From assembly GCF_006345805.1 (NCBI RefSeq), contig NC_043006.1, forward strand, positions 68,076,001 through 68,140,000: 64,000 nucleotides of DNA. The letters run 5' to 3'. Below the pieces are notes generated by a model, which worked only from the letters and a program-made list of their open reading frames with translations, had not been told where the DNA came from and searched no databases. A program made the position numbers and the translations under genes. The number at the start of each line of letters is the position of its first letter. Position 1 is the stretch's first letter. Source of the stretch: Octopus sinensis. Taxonomy: Eukaryota. Positions 27,020 through 39,713 of the stretch are shown here, piece after piece.

Positions 27020-27520
27020 CATATGAGCATGCATGCACACGCATACAAGCACAACACACACACAGACATGCATAAATAACATACATAAAAGGTCAACATA
27101 CATACACACTCAAGATAGCACCTACTCACACAACACGCAAACAAAATGCACACAGAAACACAAGACACGCACACAAGCACAAGACACACACACACACAAC
27201 ACACACGCACAAACAACACACACTGAAACATGACACACACACACACACACACGCACACAAACACAACATACACATAAACAACATGCACAAACACAAATAT
27301 AACACACACACAACACCCACACAAACATCACAAACACAACACACACAAACAAGACATACACTCACACATCACACACATACACAAACATAATGCGCATACA
27401 CACACACACAAACAACTCACATGCACAAATACAACACGCAATACACATACACTAACACAACACACACAAACTCAGCATACACATGCAAACCACACATACA
27501 AACAACACACATAAACAAAC
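27020..27520. repeat. Degenerate (CA)n cryptic simple repeat, ~500 bp
   Basis: CA/CAA/CATA mosaic; the C/V/H/T-rich ORFs over it are artefacts. Confidence 0.9.
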
Positions 27521-28480
27521 AAAAGAGTTTTTTTTTCTTGATGATGGCAGTGGAGTGATGCATGAATTGTAAGTAAAAAAATAAGCCACATCCGTGTGAG
27601 TGTGTGGGAACAGGAAGGAGATTCTAACCAAACTGAGTAAGCCATCTGAAAGTATAAAGTGCTCAGTACCAGGATGTTGAATAGGTTGTAAAGTATGTTT
27701 TAACTACAGTATGTTAAATCCCGTTAAAGCACTTATTAGCATCATGTTTTACTAAGTTTTTCGAGCATTCACTGTCATATGAAACCATTTATATGTCCGA
27801 TTCTTTTGTTGATTTTTACTTGTGTATTTCTTTGCCGTTATGAGTTAGATGAATACTTGTTACTGCGGCATTGTTTTACAGAGGAATTGAAATTAAACAT
27901 AGTGGACTGGATGGATTTTATCTGGCACCACCTCTGGCAAGGTCTACTCTGGCATAGTTTCTACACTGGATGTCCTTCCTAACGTCAATCATTTTATGTG
28001 CCACCCCCAAACACTGGTGAGGTCACCATATAACTTGCAAGACAAAGGTCCCTCAAATGAGTGGGGAAATAGTATTGAAGGAGGTGGATTTGTGCCACAG
28101 CAGTGTCTCAAAGTACAAGGTGTGAATATAAATGCAGTGGTAGGAGATTCCTCAGGTTGCATGAGTATACACACACACACACATACATATATAAAGGAAG
28201 AAGGATCCCCTTTGGTCATGAATGACCATAAGATTGCACCTAGAAGGTTAGCATCCGAGGCACAAGTCTGGGCAAGGGAAAGGCAAAGGCCAATACAGCT
28301 TGGCATCAGTGACATCACAACTCATTTCTACAACTGAATAAACTGGAGCAATGTGAAATAAGTGTCCTGCTAAAGAACACAACACAGCCTGCTCTGGGAA
28401 TTGAACTTACTACCTCATGATTGTGAGCCCGACGTTCTAACCACTGAGCCATGCACCTTCGTATATATACGCATATATAC

Positions 28481-28707
28481 TCTTTACTCTCTCTCTTACT
28501 TGTTTCAGTCATTTGACTGTAGTCATGCTGGAGCACCGCCTTTAGTCGATGAAATTGACCCCAGGACTTATTCTTTGTAAGCCTAGTACTTATTCTATCG
28601 GTCTCATTTGCCGAATCGCTAAGTTACGGGGATGTAACCACACCAGCATCGGTTATCAAGCAATGTTGGGGGAGACAAGCACAGACACACAAACATATAC
28701 ACATACA

Positions 28708-28768
<61 letters not shown>

Positions 28769-28930
28769 GACGGGCTTCTTTCAGTTTCCGTCTACCAAAT
28801 CCACTCACAAGGCTTTGATTGGCCCAAGGTTATAGTGGAAGACACTTGCCCAAGGTGCCACGCAGTGGGACTGAACCCGGAACCATGTGGTTCTTAAGCA
28901 AGCTACTTACCACACAGCCACTCCTATGCC
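28481..28930 (-). mobile_element. SINE family A, antisense copy (other - copies: 37361-37732, 42601-42962, 43004-43372, 47783-48184, 60047-60358)
   Basis: Reverse complement of 16796-17184. Confidence 0.92.
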
Positions 28931-28950
28931 TAAATATATATAAATATATA

Positions 28951-29117
28951 TACTGTATTTTAACATATATAAGGAACCCTTTTTCATCAAAAATTAAGTT
29001 AAAAAAATATGGGAGTTTCTTATACATGAATAGTATTATAATCCCTTACAAAACCTTTTTTTCCAAATTTTGAGTCCCAAAAATTAGGGGGTTCCTTATA
29101 CACATTTAAATTCGGTA
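28951..29117. mobile_element. Short decayed MITE (TACYGTA...CGGTA-type ends)
   Basis: Ends TACTGTATTT / AAATTCGGTA and subterminal inverted TATAAGGAACCC / GGGTTCCTTATA. Confidence 0.45.
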
Positions 29118-30015
29118 TATATAGAAACAGGGATTTTACAGTCTTTCTTTTTGTTTCATTAATTGTATTAGGGCTAAGGTTATGTTACTTGCAGAAAAAA
29201 ATAGTTACTTGTTTTGTTTACTCACATGTTTTTGCTTTGTGACTAAATTCTCGTATCCTGTTTTAAAAAAAAGGATTTTTTGTCATTTAGAGTTCTTTCT
29301 TCAAGCATAGCTATAAGAAACCATGCATTTTATATTTCATGGTGTTAAGAAGGGATCCAGCTGTAGAAACTCTGCCAGATCAAGATTGGAGCCTGGTGCA
29401 GACATCTGGTTTGCCAGTCCTCAGTCAGATCATCCAACTCATGCCAGCTTGGAAAGCGGATGTTAAACGATGATGATGATGATGATAACTCTGTGAATTT
29501 ATTTTATTAAAATTGTAGTCATCGTCATTATCATCATCGTTTAATGTCTGTTTTCCATGCTGGCATGGGTTGGACGGTTTGATAGAAGGTGGCCAGCTAG
29601 GGAGCTATCCAGATTCCAGATTATCTGTTGTGGTATGGTTTCTATGGCTGGATGCTCTTCATAAAGCCAACCACTTCACAAAGTGTGCTGGGTAGCTTTT
29701 TACATGCCAGCAGCATGTTTGCACGTAAGCAACACCAACACGAGTGTATTTTACGTGACAATGGCACCTGTAAAAGACAAGCCTGTATATACGGATGACT
29801 GATTCTACTTGGCTTGATGCATCTTCTCAAATACCACAAATCGCCACAACTCCTGTAGTAGCCTTTAAAACTTTCCGTTTGTGTATCAGTAGATAAGGAT
29901 TCTCTCTCTCTCTCTATATATATATATATAGCAAGATCACCCTATATGTCAAAGGGCTGGCATGTGGCCCCATTCCCAGCTGAAGTTGGCTGTTGTGGTT
30001 TTCAATCTCGATTAG

Positions 30016-30055
<40 letters not shown>

Positions 30056-30499
30056 CTCTCTCCCCTCTCTCTCTCTCTGTGGACGGGTAACCAAGTACTT
30101 CCCCTGCAGCAAGACACCTGTTTCTATCTCTCTTACATTATAACCTTTCACCATCTGATACAAGTTCCCCTCCTCCAGTGCTCCCTCCCCACTCAATGGA
30201 TCTCTGTCTTACAAGTTACTTGGTGACCCTGCCAGTGCTGGTGCCACTTAAAAAGCATCCAGTCCAGACTGTAAAGTGGTTGGTGTTTGGAAGGGTATCC
30301 AGCTGTAAAAACCATGTCAAACTAACCCTCCTTGTGCTTGTGCTGGATGTTTGGTGTTAAGAAGGGCATCCAGCCGTAAAAACCCTGCCAAAACAGACAC
30401 AGAAGTCTGATGCAAGCTCCTACCAGCTCCTGTCAAACTATCCAACCCATGCCAGCAAGGAAGGCAGGCATTAAATGATGATGATGATGATGATGATTA

Positions 30500-30700
30500 G
30501 TGTGCTATTTCCTGCAGAAGATCGGTCTGGAACCCAGACAACTGAAGAAAGCCATCAAGGATATAGGTATAGCAGTTGAAACTATCTCAAGATGGCTATG
30601 GTTGATAAGAGCCTGCAAGTGGAACCCTTCCAGAGATAAAGACTAACTCAGTCCTCACTGCCCTACTCAGGTGAAACATACCGGCTAAGGAGTGAAATGC
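30500..30700 (+). mobile_element. 3' end of an RLE-type (Hero/NeSL-like) non-LTR element
   Basis: KIGLEPRQLKKAIKDIGIAVETISRWLWLIRACKW* resembles the C-terminal 'AAE.ASRWLWL.R' helix of these elements. Confidence 0.55.
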
Positions 30701-31088
30701 TTGTAACCTTGATATATCTGCTGGTAATACGGAAAGGTTTCCAGCATTGCACTGGATTTTGATGAGCTTGCAAAACCTCTGAGTAGTTTCTGCAGTTTCT
30801 GTGTGACGTAAAGCATCGCTGATATTTATTTCTCCTCATTTATTTCACCTAGTGAAAGATTATTGAGAAGGATGGCTCTAAAAGTCACAATATTACAATA
30901 TTACATTCATGAATCTTAAATAAGAGATAACAAACAGTTTAATTGATGATGGTAAACATTCTGTGGAAATCAGTTATAAACTGATCTATAATAGTTTTAT
31001 GATTGATCCTTTTAACTCAGCTGGGTTAAAATCTTGTTGATTTAACCCTTCTGCACTTTGATTACTCTGTCAAATGTAGTGCTTATTT

Positions 31089-31216
31089 CAGTTCTATATT
31101 TAAGAGATGAGGAATTATATACATTATTTACAAAGGCTGGAGGGTATATCAGCTGAAACGTGTTAACAACAAACAAGATGAGGACAAATATCCGTCGAAT
31201 AAATAATGTAAATAAA
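31089..31216. mobile_element. 128-bp Penelope-terminus-like insert with 13-bp TSD and half a hammerhead
   Basis: GTAGTGCTTATTT at 31076-31088 and 31217-31229; contains GGCTG-N10-CAGCT-GAAAC-GT. Confidence 0.6.
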
Positions 31217-34200
31217 GTAGTGCTTATTTATTCTTATTGTTTTGAATTAATCCTGCATTATCTTAGAGCTTTGAGACTTTGATGATGTGATTAGAATGAG
31301 GGTTGGTGTCAGAGGCTGTATCCAGCCAGTCTAAAATGCTAAAGGGTTGAGACATAAGTGATTACTATTTGGGTGATGAAATTTGGAATGGGTTCATGGT
31401 TGCAATGAATTATTATTTGCCAGAGCGTAAATGAACTTGATCTCAGCTGATGGTTGTGAAAAGAACTTTCTTTAAAATTCAATGAGTGGAATATTTGATA
31501 AATCAGCTTTTCATTGGTATGTAAAAATTAGTCTACATGTAAGTTTGTAAATTAATATTTTCATAACATTTCTGAACATATTCTGATGTTAAATTTGTGA
31601 CATAAGGTTTGCATTAGAGATGTAGTGACATATTTTTAGAAAACTTCAGATTCAATTAGCTGGTTAATCCTGGAATTAACCTAATTCTACGAGTTTTTAG
31701 TTTGATATTAAATTTTGTGGGGTCTGCCTTTATTTAGGTCTGGGATTCAATTTTATTTTGAACAGTTCAGTCTTGTACTCTTTTGCAATAAACCAAAAGA
31801 TTTACCAGAAATATATGTTAATTTAATGAATTTTTTGAGGATGCTAAATTTATCTTTTCCTGCTTCCATTAGAAGTTTACACAAACAATTTTATCTCAGA
31901 TTGTTGAGCCTTGTGAAGAGGTCTCCAAAATGAGTGGCAAGCTGCTGTTCTACAGAAGATCCATCCAATCTATGCAACTATGGAAAAATGGATCTGTAAA
32001 TGAAAATGATTCTTGGATAATGAGTGTATATTTGTTATAATTTCTCTGTCTATATAATGTCAAGTCATTTCTGTGTGTACATGTGTAGTCACCTTCTCAT
32101 CTTGTTTACATAAATACTCTCATCTAAGTTTCTAACATAGATTGACTAAAGTGTTCATAAGTTTGAAACCATCTGCACAATGATCAATTCAGTGTAATGT
32201 CTGATAATGATTATTTAATGCTTTGCTACCTTATCAAACCATTCTTTTAACACAGTAAACTCACCATGTTAAATCCACTGTCTTTAACAGTAATTATATT
32301 GAGTGGTTAGATTTCCCACTTGTTTAGTTGCGACAGTCAACTGCCAACTCTGCTGCAGTTGTATGTAACACATATAGTTCTGTGTGTGCGTAATGTCTGA
32401 GTTTTCTTGGTGTGTGTCTGTGTGATTGTGTGTATGTACACAAAAAAAAAAAATAGTTGACCTATGAAAAAGCTCAATTAACCATTTATGTCAAAGAAGG
32501 AGAAAGCTGTTGATTCTTCATGCTGGTTTGACTTGTCAGATATGAAAGGGAAGGAGCTACATTTTTGTTCACACATTAAACAACTGGTATGTAGTTGGTG
32601 GCCTTTAAGTTGTATTGATTACACTCAGTGTAACCATGGCAATAGCCGATTTCTACAGTGACCACCACTAGAATATGTAAACACTTAACACAGAATTAAC
32701 AACCTAAATTAAATAGATCTTTGAAGCCACTGTTTATGAAGGGCGTCAAGAAGGGTATGGTGGCATAGAGGTTAAGTAGAAGTGAGTTGCATTGTTGTCA
32801 TCATCATCATCATCATCATCTTTTAATGTCCGTTTTCCATGCTGGCATGGATTGGCTGGTTTGACAAGATCTGGCCAGCTGGAGAGCTGTACCAAACACC
32901 AATTGCCTGTGTTGGCATGGTTTCTGCAACTGGATGCCCTTCCTAATGCCAACCACTTTACAGAGTGTACCGGGTGCTTTCTTATGTTGCACTGGCACAG
33001 GTGCTTTATACATGGTACTGGCACAGATATCTTATACATGGCACCAGCACATGTACCTCATACATGGCACAGGCATGGGAGTCTTTTTATGTAGCACCAG
33101 CATGGTAGCTTTTTACATAATACTGGCTGCATTAAATACACCTCACTATAGATATGTCAATTAACACCTTGTGTCCTTAGATAAAGTAATTAATTTAATT
33201 AGGGATCCTTTCTATATATTACTAGTACCCCCTACAGTGTTCCTTATCCTAATTCTAGGGAAGCAGAAGGTGAATACTTGTTCTGTAACCTTATAAAGAG
33301 ATACCCTTAAATAAATTGAGCAGTTATGTGTGAAAGGGACAGAGAATTTGTGCAAGGTCAGCATGCAATGATGTTGTTTTAGGGTTTTGAATGAAACCTT
33401 AGTGGTGATGATAATGGTCTCTTCGAAGTTATTTCAGTTGCAGTTTTACTAACAACTCACTGTCATGACTGACTGGATATTTGTACAGAAGAGTGGGTCT
33501 TTAAATATGAATGTTGTATAATGTGTCTCATTGTAGTGAGGTGTGCACATGTCATTGCCACATTCTAGTGATAGCGATGTATCCTTATATCTTGTGCCAC
33601 ACTATCTTTGTGATGCTGTGTACACTTGTCTTGATGTCGCATTCAACCATGGTTTTCCAGGCAAGTTGGTAGCAAAAGGGTTAATGAGATTTTTAGAACA
33701 GCTATCTGAATAAGTCATTAAAATTAGACATGTGGAAACTACCAGAAATGCCTCACATTTTCTAATCTTTCTCTCTCTCTCTCTCTCTCACACACACACT
33801 CACACTCTCTTACGTATGTGTAACATGAAGAATACTGCATCACAAAGATTGGATAGGATTGATATTCCATGCTAAGAGAAATTTCAGCCCTAATCATTTA
33901 CACTGTCTTTCTGCTGACATCCTACACTAAACACTTCATCCAGTTCTTCCCAGAACTATAACACACTGGAATTTCACACATCTGTACGATTGCTATAAGA
34001 AACCTATTATAGCCATTGTTGGTTCTGTTTAAATTTCTATGCACTAACACCAAACTCAAGATCTCTGTAAACTATGATAGTGCAACATAACATATGAGAC
34101 ACACCATCACATCACAACACAACACATCTCTACATACTATCATTGTACTATCATCAGATCAGTTCTTTAGTAAATCATATTTATCCGAAACTTTGTTCAT

Positions 34201-34766
34201 CTCTGTATCCTTGATCCTACACATGTTGTATCTCTTGATCGGCACTGTTTATATATTATATTTGTTGTCTTTGAATTGAGGTTAATTGTTCAAGGCAACT
34301 GTTTCTAGTGGAGGGAGGGTGGCAAGTGGTGTCTGCAAATTTGCAACTCCTCAGGCATGTGTTTAGACATGTGCTTTGAGTTTGTATTATATATATAAAC
34401 ATTAATTAAAGCTTACACATGTCCATATATATATGTCTCTGTAACGTGCATGTGTATGTGTGTGTGAGATTGTTACTCCCACCTCTTCTCATTGTCCTTT
34501 AGAATTCATCAGTGATTAATAAGATAAAACTATTTTTAACAGGATTATCAGCCTCTTTAAATGTGATTAATAACTTAATCTCCCTCCAAGGATAAACTTC
34601 AAACCAAAATCATTTTCCTTCCATCAGTTTTGGCTCTTTAAAAGATTTTCCTGGTTATTTAACAATTTAGTTTCATAATTGACCTATGTACGTTGACTGA
34701 TAAAACTGTTTCTGCAGTTTGTTGGAAGACATCGTACCGAGCAGTTGCTAATTCTGTACTACTCTC

Positions 34767-34980
34767 ATGGCTAATAATATTGACAATTATGGATATGGGC
34801 CTGCTCATTCCGGCTGGATTTACCCTCAGTTCTACCCAAATAATTATGTCAACTATCATACAAATGCTTACATCTATGGGCAGAATTTCTCCCCAGTTCC
34901 CTATTATAGTGAAACTTCTGTTCATAGCAACTGGCAATCTCCTGACTTAGAAACAGTTTCTGAAAAACCAAGTGGAATAT
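34767..34980 (+). CDS. ARHGAP12/15-like: Candidate alternative first coding exon of the RhoGAP gene (MANNIDNYGYGPAH...SEKPSGI)
   Basis: 214 bp open from ATG, in-frame TAA upstream, perfect gtaagt donor at 34981 in phase 1, matching the phase-1 acceptor at 37167. Confidence 0.65.
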
Positions 34981-36632
34981 GTAAGTAGACAACTACTGGG
35001 AAATTCATATGTACATGTACATAGATACATACATGTCTGTGCGTGCATATATGTATGTATGTATCTGTGTATATATGTATGTATGTTTGTATGTATGTAT
35101 GTATAATTCAAACCAGTTTGATTTGGCCCCATGCAACTTGAAGCTTTGTAAGCTTCTTAGAGAAATCAGTTAGCTGAACCATATCATCATCATCATCGAT
35201 TAATGTCTGTTTTCCATGCTGGCATGGGTTGGACAGTTCGACTGGGGACTGAGAAGCCAGGAGGCTGCACCAGGCTCCAGTCTGATCTGGCATTGTATCT
35301 ACAGCTGGATGCCCCTCCTAACGCCAACCACTCCGTGAGTGTAGTGGGTGCTTTTTACATGTCACTGGCACAGGAGCCAAAGGAGGCTGGCAACGACCAT
35401 GATCGGTAGGTGCCTTTTTTTGTGCCACCAGCACGGAAGCCTGTCAAGGCGGCACTTTTTACATGCCACTGGCACGGGGAACACAACTACAATTTCCATT
35501 TGATTTTGATGTACTTGACATTTGATTTTGATTTTGATGTACACTCACACACACAGACATATGTAGAAACACACACACACTTTCGTTTATTCATTACGTT
35601 ACCCACTATTGTGAAAATTCTGTGTCTTCCTTTCATGTATGTTCCTCACCCACCACAATTTTACAATATTCTCTATAACACTGTGTTGTTACTCAGAGTA
35701 CTGCCCCTCACCAATCACAACTCTTCAATATGCTCTATGAAATACTGTTGTTATCCACAGTACAGTCACACACCCCAAACGGTCAGCTGCAATGTTATTT
35801 GCTTTCCACATGAGTTTAACTCATATAATCATTATATGTAACCGTTATTGTGTGCAAATCATCTGTTAACGTTGGTTATGTGTCTCTGCATTATACTTAG
35901 TGTAACGTTATAAACAGTTAGCAAACAACTCAGAAAGAGCAGCTTGTGAAGAACAAAGTACAATGATTTGGTATTAGTTTAACACTAGTAAAGAGAATGG
36001 AGTGTCATGATGTTTTGGATATGTTTCTGATGAATGTTTCATGATGTTTTGGATGTAAATGTTTCTGATGAAAGAAAAGGGAATACGGAGAAAACTTGGG
36101 GAAATGGAGACAGAGACAGAGAGAGAGAGAGACACAGAGAGAATAGGACAAGAGCACTAACATAGTACAGTGAGACTGGGCATTTTTTATTTACTTAAAA
36201 TTACACATGATATGGGGAGTAATAATCATTAGACTAAATATTTTGTGGAGAGAAAGTCAAGAGAGGCAAGTCTGAAATAAAAATCAGTTAATAATTGAAT
36301 GAAGATTTATCTTCAGATGTGAGTCTGATCTTTAGTAATGCAGGGACAACTCTGAGTATGCTTCAGTCTTATTTGACCTCCTCAACAAAACACTATCATC
36401 TGTAATTATTGAGCATAAAGCTGACTGTCAGCTCTATAGAATTTCAGTGAATATTGACAGGGTGGCAACTTAAAAGAAAGACTGGGGGGAAATTCTCTAT
36501 GAAAACATAAAGTGGATGCTATTATAGTAAATATAAGATTAATTAAAATTACAGCTGGAATGAAGGAAGAATGTCATTAACTTTAATGATTAATTTGGGT
36601 GAAGAGAGACAAGGAGGATCACTGTGTGTGTG

Positions 36633-36664
<32 letters not shown>

Positions 36665-37166
36665 GTGCGTGTGTATCAAGGCCATGATATCTGAGTAAGC
36701 TAAGTAGGCAAGTCTTACTAGACTAAAACTATAAAAAGAGAATACTGTTTCAACAAGTCGTGTCTATTTGATGCCCAACATGAAAAATGAGTACAAAAAC
36801 CATGATAAGGAGAAAGAGGAAATGATTTCCAATTCTTTATACAAATACTAACCTAATTATTCGTGTTTATGTATGTATATAAATACATGTGTGTGTGTGC
36901 GTGTGTGTGATGGCCCTGTGGTTAAGAAGTTTCTTTCCTAACCACATGGTTTTGGGTTCAGTCCCTCTTTATCACCTTAAGCTGGTCTCTTCCTCTATTG
37001 CTCCAGATAGAAACTGAAACAGCCCATCATCTTTATATATTTGTGTGTATGTATATATGTGTATATGTGACATAACTATAAACATGATTAATGACACACC
37101 TCAGTTTAATGTTAGAAAAAAACTGTTTCTGCCAATATTATGACACATCTCATTTGTTCTCCTCAG

Positions 37167-37346
37167 CTGATACAACGTTCGGTGCTCTCCTGAAGGATAT
37201 TTGCAACAGAGATAATTCCACAGTGCCAAACTTTGTAAAATTATGCATCAAGAGTATTGAAAACCGAGGACTTAAGCAAGATGGTCTGTACCGAGTTAGT
37301 GGTAACCTCGCTGAAATACAGAAGCTACGTCTTTCAGTAGACAACA
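37167..37346 (+). CDS. ARHGAP12/15-like: RhoGAP domain exon with arginine finger (FG..L...VPNFVKLCIKSIENRGLKQDGLYRVSGN)
   Basis: ttctcctcag acceptor, gtaagt donor, 180 bp phase 1-1; catalytic GLYRVSG intact. Confidence 0.97.
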
Positions 37347-39572
37347 GTAAGTATATTATTACTCTTTTACTTGTTTCAGTCATTTGACTGTGGCCATGCT
37401 GGAGCACTGCCTTTAGTCGAGCAAATCGACCCCAGGACTTATTCTTTGTAAGCCTAGTACTTATTCTATTGGTCTCTTTTGCCGAACTGCTAAGTTATGG
37501 GGACGTAAGCACACCAGCATCGGTTGTCAAGCGATGTTGGGGGGACAAACATACACACACACACACATATGACGGGATTCTTTCAGTCTACCAAATCCAC
37601 TCACAAGGCTTTGGTCGGCCCGAAGCTATAGTAGAAGAGAAAATTATGTGGCCAAGGTGCCACGCAGTGGGGCTGAACCCGGAACCATGCGGTTGGTAAG
37701 CAAGCTACTTACCACACAGACACTCCTATGCCTACTAGTACATTTATTGCACTAACTGCTTCTAGTGATAACAGTAAGAAGCTGTTAGTGCAATAATCTG
37801 ATAATCTAGCTTAAATGTTTTTTCACATTTATTCTGTAAACAGCATAAGAAGTTATTTTTGTTGTTTTTTTTTGAGTTTGTTTTTGCAATATTTTCATTA
37901 TGATAATTATTCCACTTCTCCCTACCCATTGCCACCCTATGTCCTCCTCCAAACACCCTCATGTTATCTACTTGTACCCAGTTGTGGTTGTAATTCATCA
38001 TCACCAAATCACCTTCATCTAATGTCTGTTATCCATGCTGGCATGGGTAGGAGCTGGACGTATGGATGGAAGCTGGTCAGCCGAAGGGCTGTCCAAGGAT
38101 CATCATCATCATCGTTGGCTATTTTGGCATGGTTTCTATGGCTGGATACCCTTCCTAATGCCAACCACTTTACAGAGTGTACTGGGTGCTTTATTTGTGG
38201 TACTGGCACGAGTGGATTATAGATGGCACTTCATGACTCTTACCACTACCACCACCATATCTCCTACTACCACTGCCATTGATACCACTCCACGAACACC
38301 AACTGCTAATCAGAATATGGTGACTCATCTATTAACATTTATTTATTACCAAATAGTGGCAAGCTGGTAGAATTGTTGGTGTGTGGACCAAAGGCTTAGC
38401 ATCCTTTCATTTGCCTTTACATTCTGAGTTCAAATGCAGCTGAGGTCGCCTTTGCCTGCCATCCTTTTGAGGTTGATAATCTAAGTACCAGTCGAATACT
38501 AGGGTTGATGTAATCAACTATCCCCCTCCCACTAAATTTTAGGCCTTGTGCTTATAGTGAAAAGGATTGGGTGACCCCCTTTGGTCATGAATGACCATGG
38601 GATTGCAGCTAGAAAGTACAAGTCCAGGCTAGGTTGTTTATGGAAGGCCAGCAGTCGTCCATGCATACCAGCTTCCCCAAGGGAAAGGCAAAGGCCGATA
38701 CAGTTTGGCACCAGTGATGTCACAACTCATTTCTACAGCTAAGTGAACTGGAGCAACATGAAATAAAGTGTTTTGCTCAAGAATATAACATGCAGCCCTG
38801 TCTAGTAATCGAACTCATAACCTCATGATTGTAAACTCTACACTCTAACCACTGAGCCATGTGCCTTCACACAAATGGATTCTTACCAAATAAAAGACAT
38901 TAAAAAAAAATCTAGTTTTGGTTCCAGTTGAGCCTCCCCCTCCCCTGCCCACCCTTCCATCTGTATATTTTTGAGGATAGTCAACTTAACTTCACCTTCC
39001 CACTCACTATTCACAATTTTCTTAATTATTTTAAAGGCATGGTTGTGTGGTAAGAAGTTTGCTTCCTAACCACATGGTTCTGGGTTCAGTCCCACTGTAT
39101 GGTACCCTAGGCAAGTGTCTTCTACTATAGCTCCAGGCTGACCAAAGCCTTGTGAGTGTATTTGAGAGAGGAAAACTGAAAGCAGCTTGTCGTGTGTGTG
39201 TGTCTTTGTGTCTGTGTTTGTCCCCCACCACCACCACCTCCACTTGACAACTGTTGTTGGTTTGTGTACATCCCAATAACTTAGCAATTCAGCAAAAGAT
39301 AGAATAAATACTAGGCTTTCAAACAATAAGCCTTGGGGGTTGATACATTCAACTAAAGAGTCTACAAGGTGGTGCTCCAGCATGGCCACAGTCTAATGGC
39401 AGAACCAATTAAAAGATAAAAGAATTTAGCCTATGCGGTTCATCTAGCACATATCCTGACCAATTCTATTTTCGTTGTCTTCTGGTGAAACGAAGGCACC
39501 ATATTACCATTTATTTATTTAATTATTTTGTCTGAACTGACTTTAATTAATGCTATTTTTTTTTTATTTCAG

Positions 39573-39713
39573 TTAATGCTAACAGTCGATTCAATCTGGA
39601 TGATGAATGCTGGGATATTCACACATTAACTGGGGCCCTAAAACTCTTTTTTAGAGAACTGAAAGAGCCTTTGATTCCATTCAATAAGTTTGATAAACTA
39701 ATGGAAATTGTCA
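39573..39713 (+). CDS. ARHGAP12/15-like: RhoGAP domain exon (WDIHTLTGALKLFFRELKEPLIP)
   Basis: tttttatttcag acceptor, gtaagt donor, 141 bp phase 1-1; canonical LK.FFREL.EPL motif. Confidence 0.97.

Noticed and set aside
30518-30566. Apparent RhoGAP cassette exon (ctgcag...gtatag)
   Set aside because: 49 nt breaks phase 1-1; another frame explains it as an RLE retroelement tail.
34693-34950. 85-aa hydrophobic ORF or cassette use of the acceptor at 34718
   Set aside because: In phase with the upstream exon it stops at 34950, before the donor; the MANN frame fits the donor.
35918-35970. 53-nt candidate exon (LANNSERAACEEQSTMI)
   Set aside because: Weak donor, and length does not preserve the frame between flanking exons.
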